Shown here in pieces: positions 55,701 through 64,000 of a stretch of DNA of 64,000 nucleotides. A model generated the notes under the pieces. It was not told where the DNA came from, searched no databases, and saw only the letters and a list, made by a program, of their open reading frames with translations. Source of the DNA: an uncultured Chitinophaga sp. (GTDB lineage Bacteria; Bacteroidota; Bacteroidia; Chitinophagales; LD1); contig CAYREY010000003.1 in NCBI GenBank assembly GCA_964423405.1, forward strand, positions 3,944 through 67,943, read 5' to 3'. A program made the position numbers and the translations under genes. The first letter of the stretch is position 1, and each line of letters starts with the position of its first letter.

Positions 55701-56313
55701 GTGGTTTTTTAAAATGGCGGAATCTGCCCTATCCCAGGTATTGATAATAGATGAGCGCATTTGGGATGATATTGTGGTACCTGAAAAAAATAAAACACTT
55801 AACATACCTGACGAAAAGGTAAAAATTCTTAGAGCCAAACACATATACATAGCTAATTTGGACATTATTGCGGCCGATAATGAGAAAGCTAATTTGAACA
55901 TTACTCAACCCGATAATGAGAAGGTGGGGAAAAAGGCCAGACTGCGATCAGTGAATTCTGATAATAAGATTGAGGAAACTTTCGAAATTACTGCAGATAA
56001 AGACACAAAGAAGTTGGTATTTAAGCCACTTATCGATAGTAAACCCCAATTCTCATTTTTGCTAATCCACCAGGGACTTTTAGACAAATTGTATACCCAC
56101 TTGCTCCCGGACTACTATGGAAATATTACTGAATTTTCAAATCATTTTAAGGGGGTTAAACTTATTGTGCACTCTGGCCGTTCGAGACCCTCAAGGGAGC
56201 AACTGCCTACGTGGGTACCTTTTTTAAGTTTTAGTTCCGTAAGATTCCTATTAGAAGATAGTAAATATGCGCTTACCGAACAATTATATGCTGCTCACCC
56301 CCTATTAATATAA
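52780..56313 (+). CDS. cytoplasmic histidine-kinase-like protein (GAF-like N-terminus, H-box, HATPase_c with inserts, C-terminal receiver-like domain)
   Basis: H-box-like IMARNMSHNIGSHV (compare canonical FLANMSHEIRTPL). N-box IFENIIRNSAKHAK. No TM segment. The C-terminus (VLIIDERIW ... FSFLLIHQGLLDK ... KLIVHSGRS) follows the REC strand pattern, with His at the acceptor position. Confidence 0.6.
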   Translation: MDNTELLHNSSSESQENGNSFKKIPVFETEDEETGLKKINLSKALLEEYRDRLFRLSGLEEIYKAITREISSVANVKYLFVENSTFSSAIGNNRLDAFTCVMDKGNGQFRKNVASYLKPVIAKLQERHHALLVHPDFCKSPQSARAYTSVLNPKELKFLGDAEKYEAEYLNLNADSSENAVPLDKVKDEEFNEEGVYSCNSNINIPYDNLESQSRKTKATSEPGQLHILNHSIYNRYFLAPRSDEEVPDVEGCQTVFLSIPVLSSSGSLDLDGENEEKNSEERFKGQGALFIFLVLRKNDEKISEEKFAQELDATIRQLALKLPRIVKTITFDYVFNIGLEKAKRAKNEAIKSAKAAIMARNMSHNIGSHVISYLNAHLSNVEAVLDIGAFNDIVKRTHSSDGRIKLQFTDSEQKGDFDDEMVQLPFLLGLGKFLGYLQERQDFIASIATDHIPPSSGVNLKDFVLDGFAWDSRQKRHGKEVKQYSNILLEYIAKSEGITREKLKIFFNNQDLDIPILADNSNVRGVNVALPGGIMGRQALYSIFENIIRNSAKHAKAEKNEFHLHIEVNEFNKFENYEFFRFSEGETKGKERQIEQVCLSDFKNYEDTYYSLIVRDHFGNANEETLTKVLEGVEKEMINADYSLNEQAKGLKEMKISAAWIRGKSVAAENERFPFLLAGRLKTTKEEALLYWIEDRKGKQVGKTFRSKEYITLLTEINQLQEQLSSLTQDEKKQLVPHLSFHILLPKSFKVIVISDKLSEEVKVLLKKHDWQVVSSWEVEKIQNLYSSIYILDSDLKEKLADAVYSFGVSDIKDSKERMVKLKKYKPIDFRANLFSKRMIEAKVTENTIENYLLKDGDGATEKLHDLFVYLYNKIININFNISTKDVLIKIEDKDKQVKEPMTALAKAQITQDLQKDLPGRSNLHEIYFGKHLKIKDLDTIREKSKAAFHYAESITGDNSTNRLLRSEDKDDMWFFKMAESALSQVLIIDERIWDDIVVPEKNKTLNIPDEKVKILRAKHIYIANLDIIAADNEKANLNITQPDNEKVGKKARLRSVNSDNKIEETFEITADKDTKKLVFKPLIDSKPQFSFLLIHQGLLDKLYTHLLPDYYGNITEFSNHFKGVKLIVHSGRSRPSREQLPTWVPFLSFSSVRFLLEDSKYALTEQLYAAHPLLI

Positions 56314-56317
56314 TAAT

Positions 56318-57136
56318 ATGCATTATATATTTACAGCTAAAAGTGATTTATTAAAATGCTTAACTAAGGATTCAACCCCATTAGCGGGTAAATCTATGGC
56401 GCTATTTTCCGTAAGTAATCTAGTGGAAAATTTGAACGAAAACGAAGCTTTGGAACACAAAAAATATTATACCGACAGTTTCGCCATCAGCTTCCCGGGA
56501 AATGAAAGTTTACTCGCTGCTATCATAAAATCAGATAAAAGCATTTATACAGATGATAGCTTATTCCAGTCGATAAAAGAAGATTATGAGAAATTGCCGG
56601 TTGCCAGTAAACCCGAGGTTAAAGCAATAAGAAAAGTAACTTGTGGAGAACACAAAATTTACTCATGTCCGGCTATTGATAAGGAAGGTAAAAGGGATTT
56701 TATTACCTGTTTGTTAACGGATATATTTAATAATGATGTGTCAACAGAAAAGAATATAAATCTAATTCTCCACGGTTCCGACATATTTTCTACCCATCTT
56801 CGCTTTGAAGAAAACCTGGATATTGAGAAAAACATGAATTTGCTGAAAGCAATGAATCCACTGTTACCAACTTCACTTCTGGATAGAATTCGAAAGGTAT
56901 ATATGTTTAATCATGCGAGTAATCTTGATAGCTTTTATCTTTTTTTTGACCAACGTAAATCCTCTCCTAATTGTATTGAAGAACTTCTAGTTTTCATTGA
57001 AAACCCGACAGTCGCCAAAGATTTCGTTGAGATGAAGGATAATTTGAACTCTTATATCGCAAGCCAGGATAAACAACCTTTTGATAAGTATGACCCTAAG
57101 TTTTTTCATGACTTCAAGGTGAAACAAGTTAACTAA
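56318..57136 (+). CDS. hypothetical protein
   Basis: 272-aa ORF, 4 nt after the kinase-like gene and 2 nt before the next gene. No recognisable motif. Confidence 0.6.
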   Translation: MHYIFTAKSDLLKCLTKDSTPLAGKSMALFSVSNLVENLNENEALEHKKYYTDSFAISFPGNESLLAAIIKSDKSIYTDDSLFQSIKEDYEKLPVASKPEVKAIRKVTCGEHKIYSCPAIDKEGKRDFITCLLTDIFNNDVSTEKNINLILHGSDIFSTHLRFEENLDIEKNMNLLKAMNPLLPTSLLDRIRKVYMFNHASNLDSFYLFFDQRKSSPNCIEELLVFIENPTVAKDFVEMKDNLNSYIASQDKQPFDKYDPKFFHDFKVKQVN

Positions 57137-57138
57137 AC

Positions 57139-59025
57139 ATGAGTACTCCTGAAAAAGGTAAAGTTTATAAGTACCAAGATGGTGAATTACGTCTGCTCAG
57201 TCAGTTATTTGAAATCAAGACGGCTTCGATTGAGCTAAGTTGTGAATCAGGGGATATTAAAATTATTAAATGCGGTAAGGATTCATTATATAATATTTGT
57301 AAAGAGATTAGTTTAATATTTATAGCATGTAATTCTGTCAGAAGTTATTTGGTAGAAGCTAATACCGAAAAAAAAGAGACCGAAAACTATATTGACTTTA
57401 TTGCAAAACTGAGAAACATTCGGTTCCCGATAATAACGGTATCGGATTTTAACCTGCTCAATTACCCCGATTCCGCAGAGTCTTCAGGTTCCGATGGCGG
57501 AGTGTATAGTCTTACCCACACAAAATTTCTTCAACGCCTTGACATCGACAAGCGCATTTCTTTTCTTGACGGATCCATTTGGTATCGCTTAACATCGATT
57601 GAAAGCATACTTTCAAGCCAAGGAAATTGTTTAATCGAGCTGTTTACCTATTATAAAAAGGTGTTTGATGCCGACCCCTTAGCCTTTTCAAAATCAGCTA
57701 CAACAGAATATCAGAACGTTTTATCCAGGATACAGGAGCAAAACTACCTTGTGCATTACGAAGGAGGACATTCTAATTACGTAGTGCCATTCGTAAGCCA
57801 TTCCGAAACGGTTATTGGCGATAAAATCAACGCCTTCTTTAAAGATGCCCATAAAGTAAATTACCTAAAAAAGGCTGTGGGCGATGCTGGATTGCTGAAA
57901 TGGAAAATTTTAATTGTCGACGATAAATTTTTTCTGAATACAGCAGAAAAGAATGGAGACCTTGATAAGAGTCGGTTCCTGACCATTCATGCACACGAAC
58001 GTGTTGCCCAAAACCCCGGCGAGAGCAGGGTATTCGTATTGAATCAGTTCGGAAATATTGAACTGCACATTGAAGGTTGCAAAACCATCCAGGATGCCGT
58101 TACCAAACTCTCTACGAATAAGGGAGCATTTGATATTATTATGCTTGACTACCTGTTGGGCCCGCTTACCAGCAATAAAAACGATGAACGAAGAGATTAT
58201 GGACACCGCCTTATTAAAGTGTTCAATGATATTTTCAAAGGAAGCTCTTATAGTAAAGGGGAAAGAGAAAAATATATTGCAGGCAAATATGGATTGGATA
58301 ACCTGGGTTTCACGGTTATTGAGGACAACCAGGTTCCCTTCGGCAGATTTTGGATTTACCCCATCTCCGTTCATAACGCTGCCTTGTTAGAAACATTGAA
58401 GGCCGAAGGTATTCCGTTTACAAACCCCAACTGGCATATTTCCCGCGGAGGCGATCCGGTTAATACACCGAACCTGTTTCTATACAATCTTTTAAAGATG
58501 ATGGAAACCCAGGTGAAGGAAGTTTATCTTGATTTTAAAAGCATTTTTTGTTTTTTTCAGAAGTACCACCAGGAAATCAGGAAATACACCTCCTCCCACC
58601 AACCATCCTTACACTCCGTATCGGTTTTTGATAAGGGAAGCGATATACACGTGGAGCAGGAAATACTACATGAGGTATCTACAACTTCTGTGGCTGGCCT
58701 TGAAAAATACACCCGGGTTGCCTTAAATCGGTTTGTGTATGAATTCGGCACCTTTGAAATGCTGAAACAGGATGCGGATAAAGGCAGCTTGCTGGCAGAA
58801 TCCATGGAGCAAATCAACAATCCCGACGCTGAGTTATTGTTCAGCCGTATCCGTAAACTGCTTTATATGCTTGCCTACCGCAACTATAATCACTTGTCGG
58901 AACTGGTTAACTCCATTTATGCCATTGAGGAGTTATACAAAAAGAAAACGAATTTGTTGCAGGAAGTTGTCATTGATTTCCGTGAGTTTAGATCAGATAT
59001 CATTAGCCTTATAAACAGAAAGTAA
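57139..59025 (+). CDS. receiver (REC)-like domain protein with unknown N- and C-terminal domains
   Basis: Central WKILIVDDKFF ... FDIIMLDYLLGP ... FWIYPISVH fits a REC-like pattern with an insertion. Confidence 0.55.
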   Translation: MSTPEKGKVYKYQDGELRLLSQLFEIKTASIELSCESGDIKIIKCGKDSLYNICKEISLIFIACNSVRSYLVEANTEKKETENYIDFIAKLRNIRFPIITVSDFNLLNYPDSAESSGSDGGVYSLTHTKFLQRLDIDKRISFLDGSIWYRLTSIESILSSQGNCLIELFTYYKKVFDADPLAFSKSATTEYQNVLSRIQEQNYLVHYEGGHSNYVVPFVSHSETVIGDKINAFFKDAHKVNYLKKAVGDAGLLKWKILIVDDKFFLNTAEKNGDLDKSRFLTIHAHERVAQNPGESRVFVLNQFGNIELHIEGCKTIQDAVTKLSTNKGAFDIIMLDYLLGPLTSNKNDERRDYGHRLIKVFNDIFKGSSYSKGEREKYIAGKYGLDNLGFTVIEDNQVPFGRFWIYPISVHNAALLETLKAEGIPFTNPNWHISRGGDPVNTPNLFLYNLLKMMETQVKEVYLDFKSIFCFFQKYHQEIRKYTSSHQPSLHSVSVFDKGSDIHVEQEILHEVSTTSVAGLEKYTRVALNRFVYEFGTFEMLKQDADKGSLLAESMEQINNPDAELLFSRIRKLLYMLAYRNYNHLSELVNSIYAIEELYKKKTNLLQEVVIDFREFRSDIISLINRK

Positions 59026-59049
59026 TTTCTTTTTAACTCTAACCTACAC

Positions 59050-61890
59050 ATGAAAGCTAACCGGTTTTTTAAGGAAAGCGGGCATCCATCCGACGACAAC
59101 TACCGGTACGAACTGCTCAGTTTCGAAGATGATGCTAACCAGCACTGGCCTAAAATATATCTTGATTTCAGCGCAGAACGCATTAAATGTTATCTGCAAT
59201 ATACAAGCGAGGACAAGAGAAGTAAGTTAGAAGACTTGTCCAAAAAGGACAGCAAATTCTACAAGCAACTTAAGCAAGCCACAGCCGATGCCCGGCCTGT
59301 TGTGGATATTGTCGACGAGATATTTACAATTAGACTGCGCTCTGACCGCGATACGGAACGAAGCCTAAATCATTTAATTTTTGAAGGTAGCTTTGCAGAT
59401 AGCGTAATTGACAGGGTGGGTAGTAACTCTTATCATGAGTTTAAAGATTTTGTAGAAAAAGCAATTCGACATAAGCTAAAGATTGAATTTCCCTCGCCTA
59501 CAGTTAAGGAAGACATGAATACTTCGTTACTTCTTTTTTACTTTTTCTACGAAGAATTTGAGAACACAAAATTATTCCGCTCGCATCCCGACTATGACCT
59601 GGTGCATCAGACTCTACATAACTGTTATGTATATCGTGCCTTTCTATATAAGGTAAAGTTCTTACAATACTATCGCCTGTTAGTGGCTGGGAGAGATGCA
59701 AATGTTTCGGACTTATTTAACAGTAAGGTATCTTTCCGCTTTATTGAAAAAATGAGTTCACGTTTCCCATTTTTATCGATTTTTTTTGAGTATCCGGACG
59801 AAGTTGCAAAGAATAACGAATTGAACGATGAGACTGACTTGACCGAAGTAGTAAACGAAAATATTTTGAAAGATGAGTTTGTGTTTGTGCTAAAGGAATG
59901 GACCAATATAGCCTGCAGCGATGAATATGTTGAAAAAATGGGCGCGAATAACATAAGTGACAAATCCCATTTTTTTAAAAATCCGGAAGAGGAAATAAAA
60001 GCCATAACCAAGGCTACGCGAGATTTATCAAAAATTTTGAAACGCAGCGAACTTAATACGGGCCGCGAATCGAAAACATCCGGAGATATAAAAGATGATC
60101 TCCTTCAAATAGAAGATAAATCAGTTAAATATCTCTTGAAGCGCTACAACGTAACTAGCGCAATGAATATTGATACCGGAAACAATAAACTGATTTTTAT
60201 ATTGTCTTGTTTATGTCCTTTACTCCCTGTCTTTTTTTCTTTGGCCCTGTTAAAAAATTCGGGGCATTGGTCAGCCGTAGTTTTTTGGATTGTAATAGCC
60301 ATATGGCTGGCAGGAGGGGGGATTTTTTTGCTGTTAGAAGTCTTTGGTGATGAAACAGTTGGTAGGCGCGTAAAAGTCAGGTGGGACAAAGCCGGAATAG
60401 TATTGCCTTACTTTACAGTATTGTTTCTGCTTCCGGTAATATTGGTTTGCTGCGAATTTTTGACGTGTATTTTTTGGATTGGACTTAGCTTTTGCGCAAT
60501 TACTTTTGTGCTATTAACCTATAAACTATCAGCCAGGGAGGGCACACACCGGGCTTTTTCGTCAATTATAAAATTACTTTTCCCCCGCTTATTAATTGCA
60601 ATAATTTCAGGTTGGGTATTGTTTGCATCTGCTACCGAGTTCATCTCAACGGAAATGAAAAAAGAAGGCGCTGATATGCTGCTGGGCACTATCGTATTGG
60701 CTGTGACCTGGGTTTTTATGTTCCATGAGGTAAGAAATATTGCACCTTATTATTCCCTGGATGACTCTTTGTTTAAGGAACTTTTTCCGGACCTGCCTAA
60801 TACAAAATCATTATCGAATAAGATCAGGCAACTTTTAAAAGACACTTTTAAGACCATTTGGCTACTATTCTTCAGTAGAATAACTTTGGTAGTTAGCGCC
60901 TCGTTCATGATTTCATTCTACATAGGCGCCTTTTTCCATATGACTTTTATAGCTGATATAATGCAGCAGCAGGATAACATTATAAACCAGTTTGATGAAA
61001 TAAAGAAAACGGAGGAACAAAGCGCCGGCCTAACAGGCCTGCGGGAAAGCATCACCAATGTAACCGATTTTTTAGAAAATCAATTTGACTTAAGGAAAGA
61101 GTTTGCAGTTTGGCAAGCAAGCGCAATGGTTAGAATAGTTGAGCGAAACAATACTATCGGATTTACCATTCCTTCCGATTTCAAAATTAAAACTGAGGCG
61201 GAGAAAACGGTATATGTGGTAGGCAGAATTACAGGAAACGATACCATCCATCGCCAGTTTTTGGATAAATTGACTAGGGATGATATTGCATTATTTAAAA
61301 CTTTGGGCCAGGATAAACTGCGAAACATTGACTCATCCTTGTATTACCTGAAATCTGTTGCAGGTATCTATACTAGGGTTGATTCCCTGGGAGCTGCCAG
61401 TAAGTATAAATTGCTGGGACAAAATTACCAATTGGTGGATAGCATCAATCAGTTACTTAAGGATACAAGCAAGCTTCAAAAACTATATGGAGAATTAAAA
61501 TCATTCAATGGAAACGGTGACCTTGACGATATATTTATAAAGATAGATACCCTGAGTAATAATATTATCTCCCGACTGTTACGCACACATGCAGCATCCT
61601 TGGAAAGAGAAAGCACGATAAAGGCCGAGGTTGAGCATACCAGAAATTTAATGTCAGATTACGATTTTCTTTCCGGCAATAACTTGTCATGTCAACAACA
61701 TAGCCTATGTAAAAATGTATTTAGTTCAATTAAAGACAACCATTACGTTATAAACATATTTCCTGGTTGGGCCTCACCAAGGTTTATTATTTTTCCGAGA
61801 ATGCTGGTATACCAGGCATTATTTGCTATGTTTTTTGGAATTTTCTCACAGTTAGTTTTGCAAGATAAATCTATTACAGAATCACTTTAA
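59050..61890 (+). CDS. large polytopic membrane protein (hypothetical)
   Basis: 946 aa: ~380-aa soluble N-terminus, ~8 hydrophobic helices (aa ~385-650, e.g. LIFILSCLCPLLPVFFSLALL, VVFWIVIAIWLAGGGIFLLL), and a ~300-aa soluble C-terminus with a final TM. Confidence 0.65.
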   Translation: MKANRFFKESGHPSDDNYRYELLSFEDDANQHWPKIYLDFSAERIKCYLQYTSEDKRSKLEDLSKKDSKFYKQLKQATADARPVVDIVDEIFTIRLRSDRDTERSLNHLIFEGSFADSVIDRVGSNSYHEFKDFVEKAIRHKLKIEFPSPTVKEDMNTSLLLFYFFYEEFENTKLFRSHPDYDLVHQTLHNCYVYRAFLYKVKFLQYYRLLVAGRDANVSDLFNSKVSFRFIEKMSSRFPFLSIFFEYPDEVAKNNELNDETDLTEVVNENILKDEFVFVLKEWTNIACSDEYVEKMGANNISDKSHFFKNPEEEIKAITKATRDLSKILKRSELNTGRESKTSGDIKDDLLQIEDKSVKYLLKRYNVTSAMNIDTGNNKLIFILSCLCPLLPVFFSLALLKNSGHWSAVVFWIVIAIWLAGGGIFLLLEVFGDETVGRRVKVRWDKAGIVLPYFTVLFLLPVILVCCEFLTCIFWIGLSFCAITFVLLTYKLSAREGTHRAFSSIIKLLFPRLLIAIISGWVLFASATEFISTEMKKEGADMLLGTIVLAVTWVFMFHEVRNIAPYYSLDDSLFKELFPDLPNTKSLSNKIRQLLKDTFKTIWLLFFSRITLVVSASFMISFYIGAFFHMTFIADIMQQQDNIINQFDEIKKTEEQSAGLTGLRESITNVTDFLENQFDLRKEFAVWQASAMVRIVERNNTIGFTIPSDFKIKTEAEKTVYVVGRITGNDTIHRQFLDKLTRDDIALFKTLGQDKLRNIDSSLYYLKSVAGIYTRVDSLGAASKYKLLGQNYQLVDSINQLLKDTSKLQKLYGELKSFNGNGDLDDIFIKIDTLSNNIISRLLRTHAASLERESTIKAEVEHTRNLMSDYDFLSGNNLSCQQHSLCKNVFSSIKDNHYVINIFPGWASPRFIIFPRMLVYQALFAMFFGIFSQLVLQDKSITESL

Positions 61891-61901
61891 AATTTTATAT
61901 T

Positions 61902-62435
61902 ATGAGCCAAGCCAACGAGAAACCGAGTAATAACCCTTTTATTAAGGGTGCTCCATCGTTTAACAAACTTCTTTTACATTTTGCGGTTATTGTCCTGTTA
62001 TTTTTGGCAATTGTGTTAGCTTTGGCACCGGCGGCTATGTTGTTTTTGCAGTCCGGAGGATTTGTAGGTACTTCTACGCCAACCAATACAGCTAATTTAC
62101 TGCTTGTAATTTTACCTCTGGTAATAGTATTGGTTTCGCTGCTTGCTATTGTTTTTAATCTTTTAAAAATGCGCCACCAACAAAAAAAACTTGAGCAGCA
62201 ATTGGAAGAATTGAAGCTTACTAATGAGTGGAACAGCAGACTTTTAAATGTTCCACTAATGGCGCTATGTTTTGACAATATAAATAAAATTACGGAAATT
62301 GAGTTCGACAATCCGAAGCACGGTGACGCTAATAAAGTGAAGATTAAGATGGAGGATATCAGAGAAAATGTCCTTACTGCTTTAAATCAACAAAAGTTTC
62401 CTGCCAATCCGGGCACAGACCAGTTGGCAAAATAG
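61902..62435 (+). CDS. small membrane protein (hypothetical)
   Basis: 177 aa with two TM helices (LLLHFAVIVLLFLAIVLALAPAAMLFL; LLLVILPLVIVLVSLLAIVFNLL). Lies 11 nt after the upstream gene. The overlapping minus-strand ORF 61895..62311 is judged a shadow. Confidence 0.55.
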   Translation: MSQANEKPSNNPFIKGAPSFNKLLLHFAVIVLLFLAIVLALAPAAMLFLQSGGFVGTSTPTNTANLLLVILPLVIVLVSLLAIVFNLLKMRHQQKKLEQQLEELKLTNEWNSRLLNVPLMALCFDNINKITEIEFDNPKHGDANKVKIKMEDIRENVLTALNQQKFPANPGTDQLAK

Positions 62436-62896
62436 GAGTTTTCATTACGAATGCACATTGCCGGTGCATAGCAAAATTGAGTTAAATAGGCCCCCGCTAC
62501 CCCTCTCCTCCCACATAAAGCACCCTACCCACCAATTTAGCGGGTAGTGATTCAAGGGGGCTGACCATTAAAACCTTAGAAGGTTCACTGTCAATGTATA
62601 CCGAAAGCGCTCCAAATAACGGATCAATTACTCCCTCGGTACTACCCTCTTTCAATAGCTTAATCGCTCTGTAACAAACTTGGTCGACGAAACTTTGGGA
62701 TAAACTTATATTAAGTTTAGGAGTTTTAATGATATTCTGTCAAATTTAGCCGTGCTGCGGTTGTCTGGGAAACCACTTTTATTGAAAAATTGATTTTAAT
62801 CCGTATTGATTTAATTTCTAGACAGAAGGGTATCTAAAAAACGGTTGAAATTATGCAGGATTAAGAGATATAATACCAACAGGTTAACCTTTACTA

Positions 62897-63262
62897 TCAT
62901 ATCTCTTCAATAGCCATAACCGAGCCGGAACCCGGCATTTTAAAATACTGATTCACTCTGCCATAAACCTGTTTCTTCTTGCCATCGTTTGGCACTGCAC
63001 TGCTGGTAACTACGAAAATACTTCCGGATGCATCTGTGAGAGTATAAAACTTTACAACAAGTAGGTTGGTTCCGTCGGAAGTTGTTCCCTCTAGGCAGAC
63101 TTCCTTCCCTTGAAAATCATCGGGAGCATCGTAAAGTTCCTTTATTTTAGGGCAGCCGCTTATCCCGTTTGAACAGCCTTTACAGCCAGCGAATAATAGG
63201 CTTGAGGATAGCAATAGCATTAAAAATACTTGTTTCATAGTGTGGGAGCTTTGGTATTGCAA
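62897..63262 (-). CDS. small lipoprotein (hypothetical)
   Basis: Signal peptide plus lipobox (LMLLLSSSLLFAGC). 121 aa. Confidence 0.6.
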   Translation of the reverse strand: MQYQSSHTMKQVFLMLLLSSSLLFAGCKGCSNGISGCPKIKELYDAPDDFQGKEVCLEGTTSDGTNLLVVKFYTLTDASGSIFVVTSSAVPNDGKKKQVYGRVNQYFKMPGSGSVMAIEEI

Positions 63263-63346
63263 TATAAATTAATTGTCAATTTTTGTAAATTGTTGAATGG
63301 ATTAAAAGAGCCGGCTTTATAGTCTTTCCCTTGGCTCACCTTATCG

Positions 63347-63961
63347 CTATCCAAAAATTCTATGCAAATGCATTAAGAAATAATAGCAAAGCCATTCTGT
63401 TAAAGCAGCAATGGGTATACCAGCCATTAGCACCATGGCAATTAATGGGATGCTCTTCCATTTCGGCATTGATTGCATGAACTCCCCGTTCAAAAATCTG
63501 ATAGTATATTCCAAAGGATACTTCCAAACATTTAAAGCCAGTGATACCAAGAGATCAATTATTATTTGAACAAGGGTAAAAACAAATGCGAAAAAACTGG
63601 AAAGGAATTCTTTCAAAAAGTGTTGAAAGCTGAAATCAAATCTGTCCCAAAATGCCTCCTTAACATCCGCCCATACAATTATAAAATGAATAGAGAACGC
63701 AAGCAAAAAGCCGGAAAAATAGGCACTATATGGTATACTGAGCCAAAGCCAATGGAGTTTATTAAATCGTATATAGCCGGTTAAGTTTATGTGGCTAAAA
63801 CGTGCTACCTGATAAAGTACGATATTACACACAGGGAGTAATAGGATGAAGGCAATTACGAACGGAGTTTCCTCGTTTAATTTCATTCCCCCTTTTATGT
63901 AACCCAGCGCCAGATACCCGGAAATCCCAATAAGAAAAACATTATTGGGCAAAAAAATCAA
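63347..63961 (-). CDS. integral membrane protein (hypothetical)
   Basis: 204 aa with about 5-6 hydrophobic helices. Confidence 0.55.
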   Translation of the reverse strand: MIFLPNNVFLIGISGYLALGYIKGGMKLNEETPFVIAFILLLPVCNIVLYQVARFSHINLTGYIRFNKLHWLWLSIPYSAYFSGFLLAFSIHFIIVWADVKEAFWDRFDFSFQHFLKEFLSSFFAFVFTLVQIIIDLLVSLALNVWKYPLEYTIRFLNGEFMQSMPKWKSIPLIAMVLMAGIPIAALTEWLCYYFLMHLHRIFG

Positions 63962-64000
63962 TAATGTCTTCCATTTATTAACCGACCCTAGTATAATGCC

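Noticed and set aside
61895-62311. 138-aa minus-strand ORF overlapping the last gene of the five-gene operon
   Set aside because: The plus-strand ORF continues the tightly spaced operon (11-nt gap) and encodes clean TM helices. The minus-strand ORF is its mirror.

Overview
AT-rich, Bacteroidota-like 64-kb accessory region: TTTG-type promoter boxes, lipoprotein signals, tightly packed and overlapping genes. It is almost entirely conflict or defence genes. No rRNA, tRNA, CRISPR array, transposase or integrase was found.

Layout, left to right:
(1) 1-12.6 kb, all on the minus strand: a truncated McrB-like type IV restriction GTPase, a Septu-like PtuA/PtuB pair, a PD-(D/E)xK nuclease plus an unknown partner, and a complete type I R-M operon (hsdR-hsdM-hsdS).
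(2) 12.7-31.7 kb: a block of six transcription units. Each is preceded by the same 17-bp palindrome, ATGCAAATAG(A/G)TTGCA(T/C), followed by exactly 14 nt and then TTTG. The block contains one WYL-domain regulator. It encodes two HEPN paralogs, a B12-type radical SAM enzyme, and a receiver protein paired with a histidine kinase whose sensor is a catalytically dead HsdM-like methylase plus an HsdS-like TRD. It also encodes two RecD/Pif1-like SF1 helicases with partners, and a retron-type RT (NAxxH, VTG, YADD) of 918 aa. A ~270-nt region flanked by inverted repeats precedes the RT, and receiver-like and REC-HEPN-like genes follow it. I consider this block the best candidate for a previously undescribed multi-operon system.
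(3) 31.7-38.4 kb: a non-coding gap, a structured leader, an EGF-like lipoprotein, hypotheticals, and Xis-like HTH and Zn-ribbon genes typical of mobile-element cargo.
(4) 38.4-49.8 kb, minus strand: a four-gene operon of secreted vWA protein, tubulin/FtsZ-like GTPase, membrane protein, and polytopic membrane protein with a Zn-ribbon and HExxH peptidase motif.
(5) 50.2-52.8 kb: a NitT/TauT-type ABC transporter.
(6) 52.8-62.4 kb: a five-gene operon of cytoplasmic histidine-kinase-like protein, unknown protein, receiver-like protein, large polytopic membrane protein and small membrane protein.

All domain calls come from motifs read by eye. No HMM or BLAST search was possible.
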